Of a stretch of DNA of 64,000 nt, positions 17,101 to 25,915 are shown one piece after another. The translations under genes were made by a program, and so were the position numbers. The stretch covers positions 9,822 through 73,821 of IMG/VR virus record IMGVR_UViG_3300042516_004943. One strand, 5' to 3'. The notes under the pieces were generated by a model that was given only the letters and a program-made list of their open reading frames with translations, was not told the origin of the DNA and did not search any database. The number at the start of each line of letters is the position of its first letter. The stretch's first letter is position 1. This DNA is from a virus.

Positions 17101-17365
17101 CTGAAATTGGCTTTGTTCCTGTACCAAGCTGCATAGTTCCATCAGTAAGTCTTGAAAAAACAAGCCCCCCTCCAATACTTGAAGTTTTAGCATTGCCAGG
17201 GCTCATTAATTCTACCATTGATTCGAGCCATAAGTCTAATATTCTATTAGACTTCATTTCTTTTCCAAATGGAAACGAAGATTCAATGCCGGATTCTCCA
17301 GATCTACATATTTCGACATTCCATTTCGCCGATAAGTATGTGTTTATTTGTGCGTTTGCTTCCAT
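14141..17365 (-). CDS. paralog-family-1 virion protein split by a ~625-aa insertion of 6 nested modules
   Basis: N- and C-terminal parts align by eye with the 5441/6793/17367 ORFs; insertion lies between SRFLF and LSGIELTTGEFVKVRY. Confidence 0.8.
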   Translation of the reverse strand: MEANAQINTYLSAKWNVEICRSGESGIESSFPFGKEMKSNRILDLWLESMVELMSPGNAKTSSIGGGLVFSRLTDGTMQLGTGTKPISDKDTALHRFYKQTNYIRPNFNRATGTYISGSGMAIFSRTYDFPIESERVTYTEAGFKPNASDLSNNAGRRGIWSRFLFTSEELATGFLSGYIDNSGNFNLHNHPIDIGSGIIVSGQLYNIPPVKTKEYQIVYGYRSGNLDQFNNFTFYNQNDPQFKHAYLSGYVINGQQIPFANRKVISQPITGYISGFRDTTGNFSGFESNLLYSSSGYYLNNQRYQFPPIQEIRTERIIGYISGFQSGTIFSGFSEIDKLSSGYFFEGSQRAFPTGQSFSGFSGQLGFSNETGFIYSGFFQFSSGFSGIEFTNSGTGIYTGFIGSRNFFYKSGEFIGFAGENPNEFDAYLGFAYSGFPYITGSGFSGVDNTSSGTGILTGILGYRNLYENIPLSGFSGLPEFDSYLGFQFSGLNFPSYTVKTINGNTGPGYASGIIGNRNVLRSFGTEEQGFDNIPSFEYGWRYNPSGRMFNLQYGSGFIYNTVLERERIVGFRSGVTNAFGTFIPFTVPIPGSQGFSGYILSGKKYYFPTGNTFSGFSGMPGFYTGLGFSFSGFFPSQSGFSGESWPKINYEKINGFISGFRNDLGQFFTFQDLYPELPQLRSSGYFLNNQQYYFPTGNTFSGFNGMPGFSIDTGFAYTGFNFPEGSTFSGLTGAFGTGILSGFIGHRVFYTYPTNSITGSLTGFIGSRNDYFIRSNSGIMTGIFGFRKQLSGIELTTGEFVKVRYDTAIRIPAMITPIPVTGENVVYGDFNGSGSIKLIGNYSRIFGTITPNGIASAVGSQAGPMYGFWWPAHNKWFFGNQINPNIYLSAVMIGNEPESGLGFYPNYPPPFPPENDTRFMFVIPGGDEVTEIGIQGKYPNNTDYYGKRYRINLANTPFPSWPTYEYGGLTTDYPSNSYPKEINYWFQFKAEFPNNDTGIGGFFFAPMEKWNANRLWHPTKPFVFEDYFAYYLEGINIPYVGWYYRFDNYQTKFEDQLISLNITLAMNRETYV

Positions 17366-17366
17366 T

Positions 17367-18479
17367 TTAAATTCTAGCCATAGATTGCCTTAAATTAATT
17401 ACAATTTTTTTATCAGATCTTTTTATTTGCGGGTTATTTAATTTCCACAACCATCCATCAACTGTATTTTGTCTATTTGTTTTTACAGTTGTAAATAAAA
17501 AACCTCCTATAGTTTCATTTGCTGTTGGATTATTTATATCAAATACATATTCAATATCTCTGTAAAAACTTCCTTGAGTATAATTAGATGGGTTTATTGT
17601 TCCGTTGGCTACAGAAAGTCTGCTACCAAGCCAGTTAGTAAATAGGGTATTATTAATATTATTTTCATTCTCAAAAAAATTTGTTAAAAGATAAGCTGTG
17701 CCAAAGCATTTATTTGTGCATGTTTCTATTTCTGCACAAAACTCTTCACAAAATGGCATAAAAGAAGATCTTGGCGAATCGCCATTTCTGATAACTGGAT
17801 TTCCATCTAAATCAAAGCTTCCGAATATATCATCAAATCTTCCAACTAATTTTAACCATCCATTAGCATTGAATGTTCCAGAAGATAAATTTATATTTAT
17901 TGGATTGACAATAGCACTACACGAAATAGAAAAATTATAAAACAATCTTAACCACTGCCCTCTTGGTATAAGAATCGGGCTGTCTAAAAGAAATTTTGTA
18001 AATAATTCTCCGTTCCATCCGTTTTTAAGCCCTATTTCAGAAGCTGTATAAGACTTTGGAAACATTGGTAAGTTTTCTGGCTTTGGAAAATCATATACTT
18101 TTTTAAAAACTCTTTTTCCTAAACTATAAAAATCTTCAATTGAGCATGATTTATCGTTTATAACGTTTGTTTCTAATGTTTGATATGTTAAATTAGTATC
18201 GCTGGCTTGCGCTGGAGCTATTCCGGAGCCTAGCACAGCGTTTCCTTTCAAAAAAGATGGTATAGTATTCCAATTTAAATTTAAATGGGGGCCATAGCCA
18301 TTATTTGCAGATAGAATATCAAGGGCCTGATCTAGTATAAGGTTTTTTTTATATGAACTTCCAAATGGAAAAGTTTCTTTATTATTCTCATCAACTATAG
18401 CTACGTTCCAGGATCCACCAATTTCAAATGATGGGTTTATAGATACGCCTAAATGATTTTTTATATGCAAATTTAACAT
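17367..18479 (-). CDS. putative virion protein, paralog family 1
   Basis: GSWNVAIV..FPFG..KKNLILD..LGSG..ASDTNL..KVYDFP..LFTKF..WLRLFY..LKLVGRFDDIFG. Confidence 0.7.
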   Translation of the reverse strand: MLNLHIKNHLGVSINPSFEIGGSWNVAIVDENNKETFPFGSSYKKNLILDQALDILSANNGYGPHLNLNWNTIPSFLKGNAVLGSGIAPAQASDTNLTYQTLETNVINDKSCSIEDFYSLGKRVFKKVYDFPKPENLPMFPKSYTASEIGLKNGWNGELFTKFLLDSPILIPRGQWLRLFYNFSISCSAIVNPININLSSGTFNANGWLKLVGRFDDIFGSFDLDGNPVIRNGDSPRSSFMPFCEEFCAEIETCTNKCFGTAYLLTNFFENENNINNTLFTNWLGSRLSVANGTINPSNYTQGSFYRDIEYVFDINNPTANETIGGFLFTTVKTNRQNTVDGWLWKLNNPQIKRSDKKIVINLRQSMARI

Positions 18480-18521
18480 TTTTATTAATTATGATAATAT
18501 ATATTTTTATATTTTATAATT

Positions 18522-19727
18522 TTATATTTCCGTAAATTGCATAATATTAATGCTTGCAGCAGTTGAATCAGACAGGTATAGTCTTCGTGGGCCAAAAACT
18601 TCTATTTTATTTATAGATAATGTTGGCGTAATACATTGATTTTCTTTTTTAAATCTATCATAAATTTCATCTTTTAATGGGTATAGGTGGCGACTTGTGA
18701 GTGTTGTAACTTTGTCAATTCTAATGCTTGGAGCAACCCTTGGATTCGTTTCATCAACGAGCATTTCGCTTTCGCCAAGCCTGAATGTACCAACGTTTCT
18801 TCTCAAGATGGTCTGGAATTCTTCAACTATATCATAAAATATTTTATTTTCATAATCATCAAGGGCTGTACCTATGGTGGCAAATCGTATATTTGCCTTG
18901 GCGGTTTGTTCCGTTTGTCCTTTAATAGTTTGGGCTACAGATCCAAAAGCTCTATGCGTTAACAATAAAAATGGATATTGGCTAAATGTTGGGATTGCTT
19001 CATTAAAAGAATTTAATTGCGTTGGGTTTATTCTGCTTGATACAGCATTTGATAATAGAGAATATGCGCCTAATTTTTCTCCGCCTGTATAGCAATAAAT
19101 ACCATTAACGCCAACTATTAGTCCCCAGGCCTGTGCATTTAATTGATCTCCTGCGTCAACACCAGCGCCTCTAAATGGTGGGAACGTTCCGCAGCTATAA
19201 GTAAAAATTGGTGCTTGAAGAATTCCTTTTGATGGATCATTATCTATAAAAGTTTGCGGTCTTCTGCGCAAACTAATTGTATGCATCCATGATGAAGAGT
19301 TAGGGTCGGGTGTCGATCCTATAAGGGCACATTCTGCAGATGTATCATACCATCTAGTAGCGTTATAAACAGAAACGTGTATATCATTATCGCTAAACCA
19401 TGATGGCGCAACAAATGTATTTCCATATCCAGTTCCTGTATTTGTTACCCCATTTTTATCGAAAATTAATGAGTTGTACCAAACAATAGTATGCCTATAA
19501 GGATTTTTTAAATTAATGCTCATTGATGGTCCAGATCTGCCAACCAGTGGATAAATAGCTCTAAATTTTGACCAAAGATTTGTTGATATAAGAGCTGTGG
19601 TTAAAAAGTCCAAAGCTTTAATTTCATCCGAATTTGGCTGAACCGGAGACGTTTCAAACATTCTTTGTATGAATAGCAAGGATGCTGGATGAAGTGTATC
19701 TCTTAACTGCTTGCTGATTATTTGCAT
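18522..19727 (-). CDS. virion-type protein, paralog family 3
   Basis: LWSKFRAIYPLVG...NLKNP...GYGNT...HVSVY...FATIG..L....YDIVEEFQTILRRNV; upstream TGTAAT. Confidence 0.7.
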   Translation of the reverse strand: MQIISKQLRDTLHPASLLFIQRMFETSPVQPNSDEIKALDFLTTALISTNLWSKFRAIYPLVGRSGPSMSINLKNPYRHTIVWYNSLIFDKNGVTNTGTGYGNTFVAPSWFSDNDIHVSVYNATRWYDTSAECALIGSTPDPNSSSWMHTISLRRRPQTFIDNDPSKGILQAPIFTYSCGTFPPFRGAGVDAGDQLNAQAWGLIVGVNGIYCYTGGEKLGAYSLLSNAVSSRINPTQLNSFNEAIPTFSQYPFLLLTHRAFGSVAQTIKGQTEQTAKANIRFATIGTALDDYENKIFYDIVEEFQTILRRNVGTFRLGESEMLVDETNPRVAPSIRIDKVTTLTSRHLYPLKDEIYDRFKKENQCITPTLSINKIEVFGPRRLYLSDSTAASINIMQFTEI

Positions 19728-19744
19728 ATTATAAGCTTTATATT

Positions 19745-19833
19745 ATTACAATTAAATACACTTTATAGTAGAAGTATTAAAATAATAAGTATATTTTATT
19801 GTTATAAATAGATTTTTATATAAATAATGTAAT
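19745..19833. promoter_or_regulatory. divergent pair of TGTAAT candidate late promoters
   Basis: ATTACA at 19745-19750 (TGTAAT on minus, upstream of ATG 19727) and TGTAAT at 19828-19833 (upstream of ATG 19841). Confidence 0.55.
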
Positions 19834-19840
19834 GTATAAT

Positions 19841-20692
19841 ATGCAAAGCAGTAAAAAAGCTAAAAACCAAAACAAGGCTAAAGATAATAGCCCAAAAGTA
19901 TATCAAAGAGAAAAAATAGATTTTGAACTAAAAATAAGGGAGCTTAACTGGACAGAAAGACAAAAAGAATTCTTTGATTTAATTAGCAATAAGGATACGA
20001 GGATTGTTTTTGTAAGCGGCCCTGCTGGCTCTTCTAAAACTTTAGTAGCGGTTAGAGCGGCGCTACAAATGCTTAATGATAAAAAAGCATCAGATATTAT
20101 ATGTGTTAGAGCAGCAGTTGAAAGTGCCGATTCTAAACTTGGTTATTTGCCGGGTGACTTGCAATCAAAATATGATGTTTATATGATGCCTTTTGCTGAT
20201 AAGCTGGAAGAACTTCTGCCAATAGATCAGATTAAAAGACTAAAGGGAGATAATAGGATAACAAATCAGCCAATCAATTTTTGTCGTGGTTTAAGTTTTG
20301 CTGCCAAAGTTATATTGATGGACGAAATGCAAAATGCTACACTGTCAGAGTTTGGAACATTATTGACAAGAATTGGAAAATTTACAAAAATGATTGTATG
20401 TGCAGATCCTTCACAGTCAGATCTTCCATTCAATAAGCAAGGGGCTTTTGAAAAAATCGTAGAATTATTTTCTTGCGAAGAATCAAAAAAGATGGGCGTA
20501 CATCATTTTCATTTTACCGAAGATGATATTTTGCGCTCAGAGCTTTGCAAGTTTGTTGTAAGAAAAATTACAGAACATAAAAAAGAAGAGGCGATTCGGT
20601 TAGCGGAGAAAGAGAAAAAGAATAAGACCCAAAATAATCATAGTATATCACAAGTATATCAAGATAGCTGGTGTCCAAGTCAAAAATTATAA
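19841..20692 (+). CDS. phoH: PhoH-family ATPase
   Basis: GPAGSSKT Walker A, LGYLPGDL, RGLSF, DEMQN, LLTRIG, DPSQSDL, EDDILRS motifs; start may instead be 19832. Confidence 0.93.
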   Translation: MQSSKKAKNQNKAKDNSPKVYQREKIDFELKIRELNWTERQKEFFDLISNKDTRIVFVSGPAGSSKTLVAVRAALQMLNDKKASDIICVRAAVESADSKLGYLPGDLQSKYDVYMMPFADKLEELLPIDQIKRLKGDNRITNQPINFCRGLSFAAKVILMDEMQNATLSEFGTLLTRIGKFTKMIVCADPSQSDLPFNKQGAFEKIVELFSCEESKKMGVHHFHFTEDDILRSELCKFVVRKITEHKKEEAIRLAEKEKKNKTQNNHSISQVYQDSWCPSQKL

Positions 20693-20760
20693 AAATAAAT
20701 TAAAATTAGATTTTTACTCTTTTATTGAGTAGAATATTACATAATAAATTTATTTTAATT

Positions 20761-21231
20761 ATGTTAAGTTATTTTTGCTCAAAATGTGGCGGTAAAAATC
20801 TTTACCAATTTCAAAAACCTAAATTTTGCTCTCATTGCGGTGCTAGTTTTTCTTTGGCATCAGCTCCAGCATCTACAAATATTAAATCAAATCAATTTGA
20901 GGTTAATATAAACACAAACAAGATAATCAATACAAATATAGAAGATAAGCCTGAAATTTTTGAACCGTCCGCTCAAGACTATAGTTCGATGAGTGGTCTA
21001 GATGTTCATATTGAAAAATTTGGTCAAGATAGTGGTATAAAACTTGGAGAGCTTGTTGCAGATGATCCCGTCAAAGCAAAAATAACTGCTAATAAAAAAA
21101 ATAATAAACAGCGCAAAGGCAGAAAAAAAATAGCCAAATCTCTGCCAGAAAGTTTCGTTTCTGAAGCAAAAATGTCAGGGCGAAATTACCAAAACTATGA
21201 AGAGCTTAACATTATAGATAACGAAGAATAA
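20761..21231 (+). CDS. zinc-ribbon protein
   Basis: N-terminal FCSKCG...PKFCSHCG; ATG 20761 preferred over TTG 20725. Confidence 0.7.
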   Translation: MLSYFCSKCGGKNLYQFQKPKFCSHCGASFSLASAPASTNIKSNQFEVNINTNKIINTNIEDKPEIFEPSAQDYSSMSGLDVHIEKFGQDSGIKLGELVADDPVKAKITANKKNNKQRKGRKKIAKSLPESFVSEAKMSGRNYQNYEELNIIDNEE

Positions 21232-21233
21232 AT

Positions 21234-21917
21234 ATGGAGCGTCCACCCTTTGAATCCTGTTTGGATGTAATAAATCAGGAGATAGCCAAAAGGCGCTCTC
21301 AATGGAAGCTCACATCTATAGCATGGATGGACTTTAATGACGTAGAGCAAAAGTTAAGGCTTCACATTTTTAAAAAATGGGAAAAGTGGAATCCTGAAAT
21401 GCCGCTTTTGCCATGGCTTAATACAGTTATTACAAACCAAATCATCAATCTTGTTAGAAATAATTATTCTAATTATGCAAGGCCCTGCTTAAATTGTCCA
21501 CATAATGCTGGAGGTAATAATTGTAAATTGTATGGAACACAAAATGGCAAATGTGCCGATTATGCAAAATGGGAAAAAACAAAAAAACATGCCTATGATG
21601 TTAAATTGCCAGTAAGCGTTAACGACGAAAGAATTTTTGGAGAAGGCAATGAATTTGATGCTAAAGCTTCGGATGCTAGCGGATTTGACTTTGAACTTTT
21701 CGTGCCAAAAGTTCATGATGCAATGCTTAAATCATTAACCCCAATACAGCAAAAAGTGTATACGTATTTATTTATTGATGGATGCCCAGAAACGGAAGTT
21801 ATTGCAATGCTTGGTTATAAAAATGGATCAACTAAAACCGGTTATAAGTTTGTAAAAAAAATAAGAGCACAGATTGTTATAAAAGCTAAAAAAATTGTCC
21901 GAGAAATGATAAGATAA
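21234..21917 (+). CDS. phage sigma-70-like factor (candidate late sigma) with a 4-Cys insert
   Basis: Region-2-like DFNDVEQ...WLNTVITNQIINLVR and region-4-like LTPIQQKVY....G..E.EV...LG HTH. Confidence 0.7.
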   Translation: MERPPFESCLDVINQEIAKRRSQWKLTSIAWMDFNDVEQKLRLHIFKKWEKWNPEMPLLPWLNTVITNQIINLVRNNYSNYARPCLNCPHNAGGNNCKLYGTQNGKCADYAKWEKTKKHAYDVKLPVSVNDERIFGEGNEFDAKASDASGFDFELFVPKVHDAMLKSLTPIQQKVYTYLFIDGCPETEVIAMLGYKNGSTKTGYKFVKKIRAQIVIKAKKIVREMIR

Positions 21918-21918
21918 T

Positions 21919-23031
21919 ATGAGCGAACAGCCACAGTTTGAACTTTCTGAAGATCACAAAAAGAAGGTGTTAAATTTTTTTTCAGAAAATTTAGAACCGG
22001 AACTTTCTGGCTTAGTAAAGAGTGTTTTTGAAAATAATGAGCTTGATGGCAAAACGAAAGAAGCTAGAGCGATAAAAGCTTTTTGTAAAGAGCGGGGGTT
22101 AAAGTTCAAAACAAGAACTGTGATATTGAAAGGGCTTTTAGAATTAACAGAGGAACAAATTATCTATATTAATAATAATTTTAGAGTTAAAAGTGCTTTA
22201 GAAATAGCAAAGGAGCTTTTTAACAATGATAATCTTACAAATTTAAGCCAAGAATATAGAACAATAAATTCAAAGATTGAAGAAATTAAAGATACAATAA
22301 AAAAAGATAATATTGCCCCGACCAAAGACGAACTAGAAATTGTTTCTATCAACTATAATCCAGAAGTGCTTGTTGAATCAGAATATAAGCCACCTAAAAC
22401 TTTAAAACAAACTATTGAGCGGGTCAATCACTATTTAAATTATGGATACAATGAAGAAACATTAAAAAAGCAGCAACTTTTTGAAATGCAGCAGCTTAAA
22501 AAGTATCTTAATATTTTTAGATTTATATATCAAATCAATACTTATAAAATACAGGGTGATCGAGATCTTTTCGAAGATGCTTTTATACGATATACTCATG
22601 ATAAGCCGGATTTAACACAGGAAGATCTTGATCAATTTATCACTCTTTGCAATCAAATTGTAAGAGCAGCTGAAATTCAAAGAAGAATAGAATCTCTTAG
22701 AGCGACTATGGCTGCTGGTGAAATTTCTATGAAAATGAATGAAGCGATTAACGTACTTCAAACAGAACTTAATTCATGTGAAAATATCAAAACAAAACTT
22801 TACAATGATTTAACAACTAAACGCAATAAACGACTCGAAGAAAAAACAGATGGTTTTGAAAAGCTTATAAATCTCGTCCAAGCATGGAAAGATGAAGAGT
22901 TTAGAAAAAAAACAATACATCTTGCAGAGCTTGAAAAAATGAAAGTAAAAGAAGAGGCTGAGCGCATTAATTCTATGAGTGAAATTAAAGCGTTGCTTCG
23001 TGGCGCCACATTAGAAGAATTGGTAGGATAA
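21919..23031 (+). CDS. helical/coiled-coil protein, candidate terminase small subunit
   Basis: HTH-like segment (SALEIAKELF), C-terminal coiled coil; located upstream of the nuclease and terL. Confidence 0.4.
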   Translation: MSEQPQFELSEDHKKKVLNFFSENLEPELSGLVKSVFENNELDGKTKEARAIKAFCKERGLKFKTRTVILKGLLELTEEQIIYINNNFRVKSALEIAKELFNNDNLTNLSQEYRTINSKIEEIKDTIKKDNIAPTKDELEIVSINYNPEVLVESEYKPPKTLKQTIERVNHYLNYGYNEETLKKQQLFEMQQLKKYLNIFRFIYQINTYKIQGDRDLFEDAFIRYTHDKPDLTQEDLDQFITLCNQIVRAAEIQRRIESLRATMAAGEISMKMNEAINVLQTELNSCENIKTKLYNDLTTKRNKRLEEKTDGFEKLINLVQAWKDEEFRKKTIHLAELEKMKVKEEAERINSMSEIKALLRGATLEELVG

Positions 23032-23032
23032 T

Positions 23033-23953
23033 ATGGAAATTAAATGCGAATTTTGTGCTAAAAAATTTAGTGGCGTTATTGATCTATCAAAACATATCAA
23101 AGAGCACAAAATGTCTCAAAAAAAATATTTTGAACAATTTTATCCAAGACATGATTTGTCTAATAAAAAAAAGATAGATTTTAAATCAGTAGAGCAGTAT
23201 TTTTTATCTGACTTTGTAGATAAAACTTCTATGAAATCTTGGCTGGCAAATATAGGCAAAGAAAAAGCCATAGAGTATTTGTCTGGAAAAATAAAAAAAT
23301 ATTGTGAAGTTAAAAATTTAAAAAATGCCCCACCTGAATTTTTTATTCAAACCGTTAGCTGCTTGCCATCAATAAGGTTTATAGAAAAATTATGTGGAAA
23401 TGATTATAATAATATATCTATAAAAAGCGGAAAAGAATCAAAATATGATTATTCTAATTTAGATATTAGAGCAACCAATTCAAAGCCAGCTAAGCAGATA
23501 GTTATAGATACCAGAGAAAAAAGACCACTGAAATTTGCTAAAGATTTAAGGAAAGTAAATGTTGCTCTTGATTATGGAGATTATGCTCTTTCACCAGCAT
23601 CTAGAATTGTAATTGAAAGAAAAAGTTTCAGTGATTTTTTTGGCACTTTTGGCGCAAATTTAGAGAGATTTGAAAAAGAATTATTAAGGGCTCAAAATAA
23701 TAATGGATACATTATCATAATGGTAGAAGCGTCTTATAGTTCATTAGCATATAACAAGAAGCGCTGGTTCGCAACAAGCCCAGAATATATATTTCATAGA
23801 GTCAGAGATTTATACAAAAAATATGAATGTTTTCAAATTGTTTTTTGCGATGGAAGAAAACATATGACTGACTTAATTTTAAAAATTTTAGGACTTGGCG
23901 AAGAAGTTAAAAAAATAGATTTGCAATATTGCATTGAAAAAGAAATAATATAA
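23033..23953 (+). CDS. ERCC4/XPF-family endonuclease with N-terminal C2H2 zinc finger
   Basis: CEFC-x12-H-x3-H; IVIDTRE, GDY and IERKSFSDF catalytic motifs. Confidence 0.85.
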   Translation: MEIKCEFCAKKFSGVIDLSKHIKEHKMSQKKYFEQFYPRHDLSNKKKIDFKSVEQYFLSDFVDKTSMKSWLANIGKEKAIEYLSGKIKKYCEVKNLKNAPPEFFIQTVSCLPSIRFIEKLCGNDYNNISIKSGKESKYDYSNLDIRATNSKPAKQIVIDTREKRPLKFAKDLRKVNVALDYGDYALSPASRIVIERKSFSDFFGTFGANLERFEKELLRAQNNNGYIIIMVEASYSSLAYNKKRWFATSPEYIFHRVRDLYKKYECFQIVFCDGRKHMTDLILKILGLGEEVKKIDLQYCIEKEII

Positions 23954-23954
23954 T

Positions 23955-25859
23955 ATGGCTATTTGGGCAGGAAATCAACCAGTAAAAGATATAGCGAATA
24001 TAAATAAAGAGCTATTAAATCTTAATGGGGAGCTTGATGACAGAACGGCTAAAATAACATTGGCTAAATTTTTGCGTCATAATATTGGATTTACTTCTCA
24101 ATTAATACTTGGCATAAATATGGAGCCAATGCAGGTTATGCATATCAATGCAATGTTTGAGAAAAACAACTGCATGCTTATTTTTAGTCGCGGTGGTGGA
24201 AAATCAACTTTGGCTGGTTGGTATTGCATATTAAAATGTATATTTGAACCTGGTACAAGGATAGTAATTGCTTCGGCAAATTTTAGAACGAGTCGCAGAA
24301 TATTTGAAGAAATTGTAAGATTACTAAATACTGAAGAAGCACAGCTAGCTAGATCTTGTTTTGATAAAAAGCCATATTTAAGAAATGATAAATTTCAATG
24401 GGATGTAAATGGTGGTTATATATGTGCTATTCCGCTCTCTGAAGATACTCGAGGCATGCGCTGTGATGTTCTTATTCTTGATGAGGTTTTATTATTGTCT
24501 CCACAAATGATTAATGATGTTTTGGCTCCATTTCTTTCCTCGCCACGAGATGCAGCATTTAGAATTAAAGTAAGAAAGCTGGAAGATGACTTAATAAAAA
24601 ATGGGACTCTCCACCCGAATAATAAAATGATTTTTGAAAACGCTGCACAAATGATTTGCCTGTCATCTGCTTCTTATCAGTTTCAGCATTTATATAAAAT
24701 GTATTCAGATTGGACTGATTTTGTTGAAAGACCAGATCTTTTAACTATGAATGGCAAAGAAGAGGAGCGTCCTACTTATTTTATATCACAAATGGGGTGG
24801 GAATCAATACCAGCTACAATTTTAAACCGCGAATTCATCCAATCTCAAAGGGCTAGCATTTCAGAGGATTCATTTCAGCGAGAATATGGCGCACAATTTC
24901 GTGATGGTGGTGATGGATATTTTTCAATGCGAAAAATGAATGAATGTACGATTCCGGATGGTGAATATCCACACTCTAAAGTTGTTGGCGACCCGTTAAA
25001 AAAATATATACTATCAATAGATCCAAATTATTCTAAAAGCGCGTCATCTGACTTTTTTGCAATGTCAGTTATAGAGATTGACGAAGAAAAAGAGGAGGGC
25101 GTTTTAGTTCATGGCTACCAAAGGGTTGGAGCCGATCTTCAAGATCATATAAAATACATTTATTATATATTAACACATTTTAAAGTAGTACTAATCGTTG
25201 CAGATTCATCGAACTTAGATACTATAATAGATGCATGTAATGAAAGTGAATTTTTTAAAGGATCTAGTATAAAATTAACATATATAACTGAGTGGGATTC
25301 TACAAAAGACGGTCAGGATCAAGTTGATATGCTTATCGCCTCTAAAAAGCAGTATAGTCCAGATTTAGGCTGCATGTGTATTAGGCAAACACCGACAACT
25401 GACTGGATTATGCGCGCAAACTCTTATTTACAATCATGCATTGATCATAAAAAAATATGGTTTGCCTCGCGCGCAAGCAACCATCCAGAATATATGTCTT
25501 ATATGTTTAATTTAAGAATACCATTAAAGCTTGTATTCCCACATGGTTCTGGGGTTTTAGAGGGAGACTCTAAAGAAGATAATAGAAAATTATCAATTAG
25601 AGAATTTATTGAATTACAAGATGATATTATTTTATCAACAAAAGAACAATGTGCAAATATTGAAGTAACATCAACATCTAGAGGGCATCAGAGCTTTGAC
25701 CTTCCAAGATCTGCAAGAACTTCTACTGCCAATAATAAACCTAGAAAAGATAACTACAGCACGCTATTATTAGGTAATTGGGGAATAAAGTGTTACTTTG
25801 AATTAGTTAAAACTCAGGTGCAAATCAAAAGAGAGCAATTTATACCAACGCTAATTTAA
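23955..25859 (+). CDS. terL: terminase large subunit
   Basis: SRGGGKS Walker A, RGMRCDVLILDE Walker B, FQREYGAQF linker, LSIDP RNase-H-like domain, RKDNY near the C-terminus. Confidence 0.92.
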   Translation: MAIWAGNQPVKDIANINKELLNLNGELDDRTAKITLAKFLRHNIGFTSQLILGINMEPMQVMHINAMFEKNNCMLIFSRGGGKSTLAGWYCILKCIFEPGTRIVIASANFRTSRRIFEEIVRLLNTEEAQLARSCFDKKPYLRNDKFQWDVNGGYICAIPLSEDTRGMRCDVLILDEVLLLSPQMINDVLAPFLSSPRDAAFRIKVRKLEDDLIKNGTLHPNNKMIFENAAQMICLSSASYQFQHLYKMYSDWTDFVERPDLLTMNGKEEERPTYFISQMGWESIPATILNREFIQSQRASISEDSFQREYGAQFRDGGDGYFSMRKMNECTIPDGEYPHSKVVGDPLKKYILSIDPNYSKSASSDFFAMSVIEIDEEKEEGVLVHGYQRVGADLQDHIKYIYYILTHFKVVLIVADSSNLDTIIDACNESEFFKGSSIKLTYITEWDSTKDGQDQVDMLIASKKQYSPDLGCMCIRQTPTTDWIMRANSYLQSCIDHKKIWFASRASNHPEYMSYMFNLRIPLKLVFPHGSGVLEGDSKEDNRKLSIREFIELQDDIILSTKEQCANIEVTSTSRGHQSFDLPRSARTSTANNKPRKDNYSTLLLGNWGIKCYFELVKTQVQIKREQFIPTLI

Positions 25860-25915
25860 TTTAATTTTTAAATAAAATGAATTTCAGAATACATTACTGT
25901 AATAAATAACTGCAT

